Assembly: GCA_045640025.1 (NCBI GenBank)
Contig: JAZUEG010000552.1
Span: 1 to 40,079, forward strand
Direction of reading: 5' to 3'
Origin: Bacteroidales bacterium
GTDB taxonomy: Bacteria > Bacteroidota > Bacteroidia > Bacteroidales > UBA3824
DNA length: 40,079 bases
Shown here one piece after another: positions 16,722 to 26,800 of this stretch (position 1 is the first letter of the stretch; the number at the start of each line of letters is the position of its first letter). The notes below the pieces were generated by a model. That model was not told the origin of the DNA. It saw only the letters and a list, made by a program, of their open reading frames with translations, and searched no databases. Both the position numbers and the translations under genes were made by a program.

Positions 16722-19037
16722 ATGCATCGAAAAAAGACTTATTTTATATATGCAGCAATAGCCATAGCGTTATCATCATCGTGTCAGCATCTGGAACTCT
16801 CAGACTCCACTGAAGACCACGGTGTAGATACCATAAACCTTGCCCGTGTGGATTGGGTGGCGCACAACAAATACGACCTCGATATGATGATAATGGCGGA
16901 AGGACAGAAACTGTTGCACTCTCATAACAAAAACGACGTGGTAACCGAAGCCCAGTGTTTCAACAATTTGTTTTGGGTAAACTACATTAACGGTAGAACC
17001 ATCGACGCATACCGAAACGGCCACGCACTCGTGCTCATGGCCGACTCGCTGAAAAACATCTACATGCTCGGACAGGCTTATCACAATCTCGGCGTGGTAT
17101 CGGGAGCCATGAACAATCCATCGATAGCAGGCCGAAATTTCAACGAATCGCGGTTAGCCTTATCCGAGGTCGACAACCAGCTGGGAATAGCCTCCATGAT
17201 GCTCGATAAGGCCAAAACGCACTATGAATCGGGCATTTTCGATTCTGCCAAAGTAGCACTTAATGGAGCTAATACAATACTGAACAAGCTCAACAACCGC
17301 GAAATGCTTACCAGATACTTTGCATATTCTGGCGAGATGGAGCTATACCGCTACATCAACAACAAAGTAAATCCCGATTACAAATCTCTGGAACTAAGCA
17401 TCCAGCTTCTGGAAAATGCACAAAACATTCAGGAAGGCCAAACAGAATACTTAGATTACTTAATCAACGCATGTCTCGGGTTGGCCAACTACCATCTCGC
17501 CATTAGCGAACCAAATGAAAAAAAACGTGCCAATCTCCTGGACACTTCGCTCGCCTACATCAACAAGGCAATCCCTATAGTGAAAATAAGCAGAAACCAG
17601 TCTCAGCTGAGGGAGCTGACACTGAGCAAGATGGATGCACTGCTCCGGCTAAACAGGAACAACGAGGCAATGGATTTTCTAAGCGAGATGGAGCAACTGC
17701 AAGAGCATGGCGATACAAGCTACTTGCTTCTGGCCACCCAATACGACCTCCGCGAGATAATAGCACGCCATAATGGAAAGTATCAAGAAGCGTATGAATA
17801 TCAGACTCTTGCCCAAAAGTATCTGGAGACATTGAACAACGAAAGAGAGGCTTTCAAGATATCGCTGATAATGGCGCGCACGCTGAATACCGATGAGCGA
17901 AACAGAGCCAAGGCAAACCTGATGGAGATAAAGGCCCAGACCAGAATACGTAACCTCATAATAATGATAATCTTTTTGGTGATGGTTTCAGTTTTGGTAA
18001 TGGTGATAGTAATCAGGCGAAACTACCATAAGGCGAAGAAACTTAACAGCACCATCGTGATGCAGAACGAGGAACTCCTGATAAACAACCAGATGCTCGA
18101 GAAATTCTCGCAAACCATCAACTCTCAGAACAAGGACCTGAAATCCAGCATCAACTACGCCAGCCTTATCCAGAAGGCGATACTGCCCAACAGGGAGAAG
18201 ATGGAATCGGTTTTCGGAAAGTTCGCAATGTATTACTCGCCAAGGGACGTGGTATCAGGCGATTTTGTCTGGGTACTCGAGACACCGAGATACAAACTCC
18301 TTGCCGTGGGCGACTGCACAGGTCACGGAGTGCCAGGCGCGATGCTCAGCATGCTCGGCACATCGATACTCACGCAGGAAACAAGGCATCAGGAAGAGCG
18401 ACACTACACTGCCGGCGAGATTCTCGACCGCGTGAAGAACACTTTCAAGAAGCTGTTGAACCAGACCAGCTACGAAAGCAACCAACCTCACGACAGCATC
18501 GACCTCGCCCTCGTAATGTTCGACAAACAAAGCACCGAGATGCAGTTTGCAGGCGCGCACCGTCCTTGTCTCATAGTTAGGGACAAAGAGATAATAACAA
18601 TCCGCGAGGACATAATGCCTATTGGAGTTTTCATAAATGAGAAGGAGCATTTCACCAACAACAGAATGGAGATGCAGGAAAACGATATCATCTATCTCTT
18701 CTCCGACGGCATTCAGGATCAGTTTGGATGGAAAGAGGGCAAGAACCGCTCATTGGCATTCTCATCAAAGAGACTGAAGGAGACAATCCTGCAAATCCAC
18801 GAGCTCCCCTTCCAGAAACAGGAAGAAGCATTGGCAAACATTCTCGCCGATTGGCGGAAGCCCAAAGTGGAGGATTTCGAGGTTCAGCCCCAGACCGACG
18901 ACAATGTTCTCGTGGCAATCAGGGTAGGAAACGTACTCAACCAAAAACGCACCGAAAATAACGGCCTACAGGACGAAGTCCTGCCCCCCCCCGATAACTT
19001 TACCATCCCAATAGCAAACATCCCGAAACAAGCCTAA
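16722..19037 (+). CDS. Paralogous membrane sensor phosphatase (TPR-like sensor, TM, coiled coil, PP2C/SpoIIE)
   Basis: The ORF opens at 16641, but that ATG lies inside the terminator stem. I prefer ATG 16722 (MHRKKTYFIYAAIAIALSSSC, lipobox). The TM helix is LIIMIIFLVMVSVLVMVIVI. The PP2C motifs are VVSGDFVW, DCTGHGVPGAMLSM, DSIDLALV, FSDGIQDQFG and TDDNVLVAI. By eye the catalytic domain is about 60% identical to the upstream paralog, while the sensor domains are much more diverged. Confidence 0.85.
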   Translation: MHRKKTYFIYAAIAIALSSSCQHLELSDSTEDHGVDTINLARVDWVAHNKYDLDMMIMAEGQKLLHSHNKNDVVTEAQCFNNLFWVNYINGRTIDAYRNGHALVLMADSLKNIYMLGQAYHNLGVVSGAMNNPSIAGRNFNESRLALSEVDNQLGIASMMLDKAKTHYESGIFDSAKVALNGANTILNKLNNREMLTRYFAYSGEMELYRYINNKVNPDYKSLELSIQLLENAQNIQEGQTEYLDYLINACLGLANYHLAISEPNEKKRANLLDTSLAYINKAIPIVKISRNQSQLRELTLSKMDALLRLNRNNEAMDFLSEMEQLQEHGDTSYLLLATQYDLREIIARHNGKYQEAYEYQTLAQKYLETLNNEREAFKISLIMARTLNTDERNRAKANLMEIKAQTRIRNLIIMIIFLVMVSVLVMVIVIRRNYHKAKKLNSTIVMQNEELLINNQMLEKFSQTINSQNKDLKSSINYASLIQKAILPNREKMESVFGKFAMYYSPRDVVSGDFVWVLETPRYKLLAVGDCTGHGVPGAMLSMLGTSILTQETRHQEERHYTAGEILDRVKNTFKKLLNQTSYESNQPHDSIDLALVMFDKQSTEMQFAGAHRPCLIVRDKEIITIREDIMPIGVFINEKEHFTNNRMEMQENDIIYLFSDGIQDQFGWKEGKNRSLAFSSKRLKETILQIHELPFQKQEEALANILADWRKPKVEDFEVQPQTDDNVLVAIRVGNVLNQKRTENNGLQDEVLPPPDNFTIPIANIPKQA

Positions 19038-19231
19038 AAAGTGGCAATTTCGGGGTATTTTGTTTTTTTTATGAAAATCTCAAAGAGGATAAGAGAAATA
19101 AAAGTTTTTTTCGAGCGAAGCGACCAAACAAAAAAAACAATATCCCAATTTCCTTGAATCATTTCGTCCAATTACTCAGTAAACGAAATCTCATCAAAAG
19201 GAAATCGGGATATTATTATTAAAAAATCTTT

Positions 19232-21118
19232 CTAATTTTCTGACTCACAAATATTTGAATCGTTTTCGGCTGATTCTTTGGATTCCGACAAATCGTGCAG
19301 AATTTCCTCATCTGGATGAAAATGTTGGTAAATCTTCACTGCCTTGCCAAGATCGACCACTTTTCGGAGCTCGATGATGGGAAGTTCCGAAATTTTGTTG
19401 ACCGAGCCGAAAGTTGTGAGAAGTTTTCCGATGGTCTTGTCGCCGATGCCAGGAATATCCTCGAGCACCGAATGAATCATTCCCTTCGATCTCTTGTTTC
19501 GGTGGAAGGTGATTCCGAAACGGTGGGCCTCGTCGCGGAGATGCTGGACAACTTTCAGAGTCGGCGAAGTCCTGTCGAGATATAGAGGTATCGGATCGTT
19601 AGGATAAAAAATCTCCTCCAATCTTTTGGCAAGACCAACAACTGTGATTTTGTTTTCCAGACCCAAAGCCTGAAGAGTTTCAAAAGCGCATCTCAGCTGA
19701 CCCTTGCCACCATCTATAATTATCAACTGCGGAAGTTCCTTGCCTTCCTCGGAAAGACGTTTGTATCTGCGATAAACCACCTCGCGCATTGTGGCGAAGT
19801 CATCGGCGCCTACCACGGTCTTCACATTGAACAATCGGTAATCCTTCTTGAAAGGTTTGCCATTCCTGAAAACCACGCAACTTGAAACAGGGTTAGTACC
19901 CTGAATATTCGAGTTATCGAAACACTCAATATGACGTGGCTCCACCGAAAGCTGAAGATCCTCCTTCATGCGTTTCATCAGGTTATTTGTGGAGGCATCG
20001 GGATCCACGAGCGAACGCTGTCGCTGTTGCTGATCCATAAACAAACGGCAATTCCTGAGCGACCAATTCAAGAGCTGTTTCTTGTCGCCAGTCTTGGGAA
20101 CAGTAATCTTGAAATTTTCAAACTCGAAATCAATCTCCATAGGCAGTATCAGCTCCTGAGCCTCCTCGCCGATATTGAGTTCCGAGAAATGAATATCCGT
20201 GATAGTGGTGGTGAGAATGTCAACTGGGTCCTCCTCTACCCTATCCTTGATCTCGCGGGTAAAGGAACGGATTATCGTGCAGTTGCTCACCTTCATGAAA
20301 TTCACGTAATAGTAATCGTCGCGCTCGTCCTTCAGGATTGTATAAACCTCCACCGTATTGAAAACCTTCACCGAGATCACATTCTTGGCGTGGTAATTAT
20401 CGAGCACGTCGTATTTTTCCTTTATCAGCTGGGCCTTCTCGAATTCCAGATTCTCGGCAAGTTGCATCATCTGCGCACGCATCGCGCCAAGCACGTCGCC
20501 AGTTCTGCCACTTAGAATCTTCCTGATATTCTCGATATACGAATTGTATTCGGTTTTCGAGACCTTGCCTATACATGGCGCACAGCAATTCTTGATATGA
20601 TAATCGAGGCAAACCTCATGCTTGCCGGCCTGCACATTGCTCTCCAAGAAGACTGTTCGGCAGGTGCGTAGCTGATACAGGCGTCGGAACATCTCAAGAA
20701 TCTCCTTCATCTGAAAGACCGAAGTGTAAGGCCCGAAATATTGCGCGCCGTCTTTAAGCTTGGTCCTGGTAAAAAACACACGAGGAAAATCCTCCTTGCT
20801 GATGCAGATCCAAGGATAAGTTTTATCATCCTTCAGCAGAATATTGTACCTCGGCTGAAACTTTTTTATGAGTTTGTTTTCCAGCAGAAGCGCATCAGTT
20901 TCGGTATCCACGCAAATATGGAGCAGGTCCTTGATATGCTTTACAAGAATCGCAGTCTTGCCCACTTGATTCTTTTCGCGGAAATAACTTGACACTCGAT
21001 TCCGCAAATTCTTGGCCTTGCCCACATAAATTACAGTGCCGTTCTCGTCGAGAAAATTATAAACTCCCGGCGAAAGCGGCAATGTTTTTACTTTGTATTC
21101 AAGAGATTTTTCATCCAT
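19232..21118 (-). CDS. uvrC: Excinuclease ABC subunit C
   Basis: 628 aa. It has the GIY-YIG N-terminus (PGVYNFLDENGTVIYVGKAKNLRNRVSSYF), a UvrBC-interaction region, an endonuclease V-like domain and a C-terminal (HhH)2 (IPGIGDKTIGKLL). Confidence 0.92.
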   Translation of the reverse strand: MDEKSLEYKVKTLPLSPGVYNFLDENGTVIYVGKAKNLRNRVSSYFREKNQVGKTAILVKHIKDLLHICVDTETDALLLENKLIKKFQPRYNILLKDDKTYPWICISKEDFPRVFFTRTKLKDGAQYFGPYTSVFQMKEILEMFRRLYQLRTCRTVFLESNVQAGKHEVCLDYHIKNCCAPCIGKVSKTEYNSYIENIRKILSGRTGDVLGAMRAQMMQLAENLEFEKAQLIKEKYDVLDNYHAKNVISVKVFNTVEVYTILKDERDDYYYVNFMKVSNCTIIRSFTREIKDRVEEDPVDILTTTITDIHFSELNIGEEAQELILPMEIDFEFENFKITVPKTGDKKQLLNWSLRNCRLFMDQQQRQRSLVDPDASTNNLMKRMKEDLQLSVEPRHIECFDNSNIQGTNPVSSCVVFRNGKPFKKDYRLFNVKTVVGADDFATMREVVYRRYKRLSEEGKELPQLIIIDGGKGQLRCAFETLQALGLENKITVVGLAKRLEEIFYPNDPIPLYLDRTSPTLKVVQHLRDEAHRFGITFHRNKRSKGMIHSVLEDIPGIGDKTIGKLLTTFGSVNKISELPIIELRKVVDLGKAVKIYQHFHPDEEILHDLSESKESAENDSNICESEN

Positions 21119-21151
21119 ACTCCTACCCTATTTTCGTTTCACACGAAACAA

Positions 21152-23005
21152 TTAACGTCCGAGATGAATCAAAAGTGTATTGATATCAGATGGACTCACA
21201 CCAGGAATTCTTGACGCTTGACCGATATTAGCTGGACGGATCCTCGTAAGTTTCTGTCGGCACTCGGTAGATAGCGACTTCAACGATTCGAAATCCATAT
21301 TTTCAGGAATCTTGACATAATCAAGACGGGACAGCTTATCAGCTGTCTGCTCTTCCCTATCAATATAGCCCTGATACTTAAGTTTTATTTCAGCTGATTC
21401 AATTTCATGATGGCTGAACTTTTTCAAGAACGGAAAAACATCCTTGAGTTCCTCGAGAGCCACTTCTGTTCTCAGAACAACAGCACTCAACTTATTGCCC
21501 TGAACCATCGGCTTACCGCCCTTCGATTCAAGATAACCGTTGATTTTTTCACATGAAACAGAAGTCGACTTGCAAAACTCAAGAATCCTTTCTACGTTAT
21601 CAGCCTTCGCTTTGTAAGTCATGTAACGTTCTTCATCAGCCAAACCGATATCAAAACCTCGCTTGGTTAAGCGCTCATCCGCATTATCCTGACGTAAAAG
21701 AATTCTGTATTCCGATCGTGAAGTAAACATTCGGTAAGGTTCATCAACACCTTTGGTTACGAGGTCATCTATAAGAACGCCAATGTAGGCATCCTTCCTC
21801 GAAAGCACCACCTCTTCCCTACCCTGAAAACTCAGCGCAGCATTTATTCCAGCTAATAGCCCTTGACACGCAGCCTCCTCATATCCTGTGGTTCCATTCA
21901 CCTGACCGGCAAAATAACAACCCTTGACAACCTTCGATTCCAAGGTATGAAGCAACTGAGTAGGATCGAAATAATCATATTCAATGGCATATCCAGGACG
22001 GAAAATCTTGCAGTTTTCAAGTCCGGGAATTTTGCGGATGGCGGAATACTGAACCTCAAACGGAAGCGAAGAAGAGAACCCGTTGAGATAATATTCGCAA
22101 GTATCAGTACCCTCCGGCTCCAGAAAAACAGGATGAGAATTCTTATCAGCGAATGTCACAATCTTGGTCTCCACCGACGGACAATACCTCGGCCCAGTTG
22201 ATTTTATAGTTCCATTGAAAAGCGGACTGCGGTCAAAACCCTTCCTCAATTCTTCATGAACCTCTGGATTAGTATAAGAAATATAGCATTCTCTCTGCGG
22301 AAGTTTCTGAATCTTGTGCGCCATATAGGAGAAAGAATCTTCAGCAGAATCGCCAGCTTGTGGTGTCATCGCCGAAAAATCTATAGTTCTTCCATCAATT
22401 CGTGCAGGAGTTCCGGTCTTCATTCTGCCGGTTTTTATCCCAGCTAATAGCAGGGTTTCTGTTAAGCCATGCGCCGGAATCTCACCGATTCGCCCTCCTT
22501 TATATTGATTTTCGCCTACATGCATAAGGCCGTTGAGGAAAGTTCCGGCCGTAATGACAACTTTATTGCATTTGAATTGCACACCAAACACAGTCTCAAT
22601 GCCCACTACCCTACCCTCTTCCACACAAATCTTGCTAACAGTATCCTGCCAGAAATATAGATTAGGAATCTTTTCGAGCTGATCACGCCAGAAAATAGAG
22701 AATTTCACGCGGTCACACTGAGCCCTTGGAGACCACATAGCAGGACCTTTGGAACGGTTCAACATCCTGAACTGAATAGAACTCATGTCGGTAACTATTC
22801 CCGTCAAACCGCCCAAAGCATCGATTTCGCGAACAATCTGGCCTTTCGCAATTCCGCCAATAGCAGGATTGCAAGACATTTGCCCAAACTTCGCCATGTC
22901 CATAGTTATCAGCAAAGTTCTAACGCCAAGTCTTGCCGAAGCTGCCGCAGCCTCGCATCCGGCATGCCCCGCTCCTATCACAATTACATCATACTCTTCT
23001 ATCAT
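21152..23005 (-). CDS. mnmG: tRNA uridine-5-carboxymethylaminomethyl(34) synthesis enzyme MnmG (GidA)
   Basis: 617 aa. It has the FAD motif YDVIVIGAGHAGCEAA, plus MSCNPAIGG, GPRYCPS, AGQVNGTTGYEEAA and the C-terminal IPGVSPSDI. Confidence 0.95.
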   Translation of the reverse strand: MIEEYDVIVIGAGHAGCEAAAASARLGVRTLLITMDMAKFGQMSCNPAIGGIAKGQIVREIDALGGLTGIVTDMSSIQFRMLNRSKGPAMWSPRAQCDRVKFSIFWRDQLEKIPNLYFWQDTVSKICVEEGRVVGIETVFGVQFKCNKVVITAGTFLNGLMHVGENQYKGGRIGEIPAHGLTETLLLAGIKTGRMKTGTPARIDGRTIDFSAMTPQAGDSAEDSFSYMAHKIQKLPQRECYISYTNPEVHEELRKGFDRSPLFNGTIKSTGPRYCPSVETKIVTFADKNSHPVFLEPEGTDTCEYYLNGFSSSLPFEVQYSAIRKIPGLENCKIFRPGYAIEYDYFDPTQLLHTLESKVVKGCYFAGQVNGTTGYEEAACQGLLAGINAALSFQGREEVVLSRKDAYIGVLIDDLVTKGVDEPYRMFTSRSEYRILLRQDNADERLTKRGFDIGLADEERYMTYKAKADNVERILEFCKSTSVSCEKINGYLESKGGKPMVQGNKLSAVVLRTEVALEELKDVFPFLKKFSHHEIESAEIKLKYQGYIDREEQTADKLSRLDYVKIPENMDFESLKSLSTECRQKLTRIRPANIGQASRIPGVSPSDINTLLIHLGR

Positions 23006-23433
23006 TTCACGAAATCTTTATAGAATTTATCAAGATAAAAATCTTCCATTTTATGAATCTCAGCCTCCTGTTCATCGGTCAAATCATCATAACCTACGAG
23101 ATGCATTACGCCGTGGATCATTACACGGAGCAATTCATTTTCGAAACTTACGCCATAAATTTCGGCATTACTTCGTATAGTATCGGCACTGATGAACATA
23201 TCTCCGCTAATGACACTATCTTTCACATAATCAAAAGTGATGATATCTGTATAGTAATCATGATTGAGATATTGCTTATTCACATTTAGCAAATACTCAT
23301 CAGAGCAGAATATATAAGTTACGTTTCCCGTGAAACAGTCCTCGTTTTGAATAGCAAAACCTATCCAATCCTCAAGCTTCTTGATCTCCGGAAGTTCGAA
23401 TTGTACATCCTCAAAATTGAAACTGAAAGCCAT
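23002..23433 (-). CDS. ybeY: rRNA maturation RNase YbeY
   Basis: 143 aa. The metal-site motif is HGVMHLVGYDD, an H-x3-H-x5-D variant. A 4-nt ATGA overlap links it to mnmG. Confidence 0.88.
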   Translation of the reverse strand: MAFSFNFEDVQFELPEIKKLEDWIGFAIQNEDCFTGNVTYIFCSDEYLLNVNKQYLNHDYYTDIITFDYVKDSVISGDMFISADTIRSNAEIYGVSFENELLRVMIHGVMHLVGYDDLTDEQEAEIHKMEDFYLDKFYKDFVK

Positions 23434-23436
23434 AAT

Positions 23437-23832
23437 TTACAATTTAAAAGTCATTTTTATCAATGTTCCACCTTCCAAGAATTCTATCCCGTCCGATAAA
23501 CTCTTGATCAAATATATACCTCGGCCACTAAATTTTAAGAGATTTTCAGGCAAAGTTGGGTCAGGAAGATTTGTAAAATCAAAGCCAAGGCCCTCGTCCT
23601 TGACGCAAATCTCCAGCAATCCATTCCCTACCGTTGCATCCAAAAATATGAATTTGGATGAATCGAGACGGTTACCATGCTTTACCGCATTCACCACAGC
23701 CTCGGTTGTTGCGATAAGAATGTTGCCATAAATCTCCTCGGAGATCTGATTCTCCGAACTGATGGAATCGATAAAATTCTCGGCCAAGATTATATTATCG
23801 ATACTCGTCTGAAAAGATAAAGACTTTTTCAT
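23437..23832 (-). CDS. RsbW/SpoIIAB/SiaB-like serine-threonine protein kinase (HATPase_c, anti-sigma-factor type)
   Basis: About 131 aa from ATG 23832; the track start at 23841 is a GTG. It has the N-box EAVVNAVKHGN, the G1 box KDEGLGFD and the G2 box GRGIYLI. The size and architecture are typical of partner-switching kinases. Confidence 0.75.
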   Translation of the reverse strand: MKKSLSFQTSIDNIILAENFIDSISSENQISEEIYGNILIATTEAVVNAVKHGNRLDSSKFIFLDATVGNGLLEICVKDEGLGFDFTNLPDPTLPENLLKFSGRGIYLIKSLSDGIEFLEGGTLIKMTFKL

Positions 23833-23840
23833 GTGAAACA

Positions 23841-26800
23841 CTAATCTATATTTTGAATGTAATCGTTATACTTGTTTTGATAAAAAAGGTTGAGGTTTAC
23901 GGGCGCAGAATGTATAAATTCCTTAACACCAAAATCCTTCAACTTCAGGTTTAGATTCTGAGAATTGTTGTTCTGAAAATCAAAACCTTGTTTACTTTCA
24001 CGTTTATCGTCGTAATCTTGTTCTTTTTCGGCTTTTTCTAAATCTAAAAGCTTATTGAAGACAAGATTTTGACGCTCTACCAAGCGCTTAGTAATGTTCT
24101 TATTTACAATATCACGCTTGTTCTCATCCATCATTTGCTGGATTTGATTCATCAATTGTTGTTCCTGTTGAGAAACACCTTTGCCATTTTGCATCTCTTG
24201 GAGTTGCTGCATCATCATTTCCTGTTGACGCAAAGCCTCGGCAAGTTGTTGAGAAGACATCTTATCGCCATTCTGTAATTGCTGAAGCATACGTTGAAGT
24301 TGTTGTTTAAGCATCTGTTGCTGAGTCTTCATCTGCTGAGTGCGTTGCTGTCGGCGTTGATTTTCCTTTTTGTTACGGGTTTCAACCGATTCCTCTGAAT
24401 CTTCGCCCTCCTCTCCTTCTTGCTGTTGCTTCTGCATATTGTCTGCAATCTGATCGAAAATCAAGCTCAAATCATTGAAATACGTCAACAAAGTCTGCAT
24501 ATAAGTGGCCACAGAAGAACGTGAACCACTCTCAACTCCCTTCAAAACCTGATTGAATTGAGTATGAATATTATCTATTTTATTATAAACTTCATGACCT
24601 AACTCAGGAGAACGTTTGGCCAAAGCATAAATTGAATCCTGAACCAATGCAAAATCCTTAATTATTGAATTCTGATCACGAAGCAATTCAGTTTGAATAT
24701 AGACAGTTTGCGTATTCAGATTCAAGTTATTAATCAACTTTTCCTGATTAAACGAAATAGCAATCAAATTATCAAGAATTTGACGGATATCATTTAAGTT
24801 TTCTTGACGCTTTTTCTGCTGATTTTTCTTTTTAAGACCGTTCATTTCCTTGGACAAATCCTCCATCTCCTCGGAAGTTTGCTCCATTTGTTGAGAAATA
24901 TTATCACGTCTTTGCTTCTCATTTGTATTTTTTGAGCCATTTTTATTAGATCCTGAATCAGATTTTTGATTGTTTTTGTCGGAATCAGAAGCATTTTGTT
25001 CATTATTATTATTCACTCCAGTATCAGATTTATCATCTTTATTACCGGAATTATTACGATTTTTTTCAGCTGATACATCACTTTTTGAATCAGAATCGTT
25101 GGGATCTGACTCTTTGTTTGAATCCAAATCATTAGATTCGGACCCATTTTTCGAGTCATTATTTCCTGTTTTTTTATCAGCTGATACATTTTCATTGTTA
25201 TCCTCGTCAGCTTTCTGTGAATTTTTATCTGAATTAGACTTATCAAGTGCATCAAAATCAGACTCCAGAGGCTTCAATCCAAGGTCTTTTTCCAAAGATT
25301 CAGTCTCGTTTTTCTGGAAATTAAGCTCGTTTTTAACTTGATCAAATTGCTTTTCCAAGTCTTGAAGATCCAATTTATTATCGCCAAGTTGCTCGTTTTG
25401 CTTCAATAAATCATTGTAACTATCCTTTAATTTATCAAAATCTTTGTTGAAATCCTGCATTTTATCAGATAATGATTCTTCTCTGGAAGACTTATTGAAC
25501 TTCATTTCCTTAGACAAATCCTTATATTTATCAGACATCTGCTTCAAATCGTCACTAAGATTATGTAGTTTGTTGTCGATATTATACATTTTCATCAACT
25601 CGCTGTTGCGGTCAAGCTGTTCTGAAATCTGATTGAAATCAAATTTCAGGTCCTGAATATTATCACGAAGGTTCTTTTCAGTAAGAGAATTCTTCATTTG
25701 CTCAATTTTATCAAGCAATTCCTTAATGTCATCCGACATCAAACTCTCCCACATTTCCTGCAACTGATGCTGTTTATCGAGCAATTCTTGAGATAATTTG
25801 TTATTTAATTGATTCTCGAAAGCATTTTTTGACATATTATCCTGTGAAAGATCATTCATAAGTTCAGATAATTTCTCCTGCTTTTGCATCAAATTATCAA
25901 TTTTGAGTTGTTTTTCCCAATCAGAAATTTGATTATTAGAAGAAATGTTTTTCTGAAAATCATTCAAATCGTTATTTAATTCACGTAAAAGACGTTGGGC
26001 TTCATCAATTTTATCAAAAATTGAAGAGTTCAGATTGTCAACTCGTTCTTGTTTTTCCTCATTTGTAATAGTAGTATAAATAGAAAGTGGGGTTTTAGCT
26101 GACTTAAAACCAGAAATTGCATCGTTATCTTTAACTTCAAAATAATAGGAAACGGACTTAGAAAGATTGCTGAAATCGAAATAATAATAAAAATCCTGGG
26201 AAATTGCTTTACGCAACTCTATATCAGCTGAATGAACATCCTTGGGATTGTTGGAATCAAAATATTTGAAACTCAAGCTATGAAAACCATAATCATCTGA
26301 TATGTGACCGGAGAAGAAAACGCCATTAGCTGAACTTGAATCAACAGCTGAAACTGCCACAATCTGAGGCGAATAGTCAGGCAAAAGATTCACGTGAAAC
26401 AAATTCGAATTCACAGAAAGACCTCCCTCTCCCACTGCTGAATAATAATAATCGAAAGGTTTCAAAGCTTTTGTATGAACCTGAAGATTTTCTACTGCAT
26501 GGTTTACTTCTTGAGCAACGCTATCGCAATAAAAATTGAAAATTGTTGCATGTGAAACATTAAAGGACCAAGCCAAAGTAGAACCAAATGGTGCTGTAAA
26601 GTCACTGAAATTATCAGTAACGATAACATCCAAACCAGTATAGGCAGGAGGATAAATTGTAAGTGTAGAATTAATTATAGTCGGTTTATGAACAACGGAT
26701 ATTTTATGTTTCTCAGATGTAAAATCGAGATAATTGAAAGAAAACTCAATATCCGAAGTAACATTACGCAATGTATAAGAAAAACAATCAGCTGAATCGG

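Noticed and set aside
24905-25260. Repetitive low-complexity DNA (reiterated gattc/tcagaatc/tcagctgatacat units), considered as a possible tandem repeat or CRISPR-like array.
   Set aside because: It has no regular repeat-spacer periodicity. It is in frame within the 1224-aa ORF and encodes an S/D/N/K-rich disordered segment.
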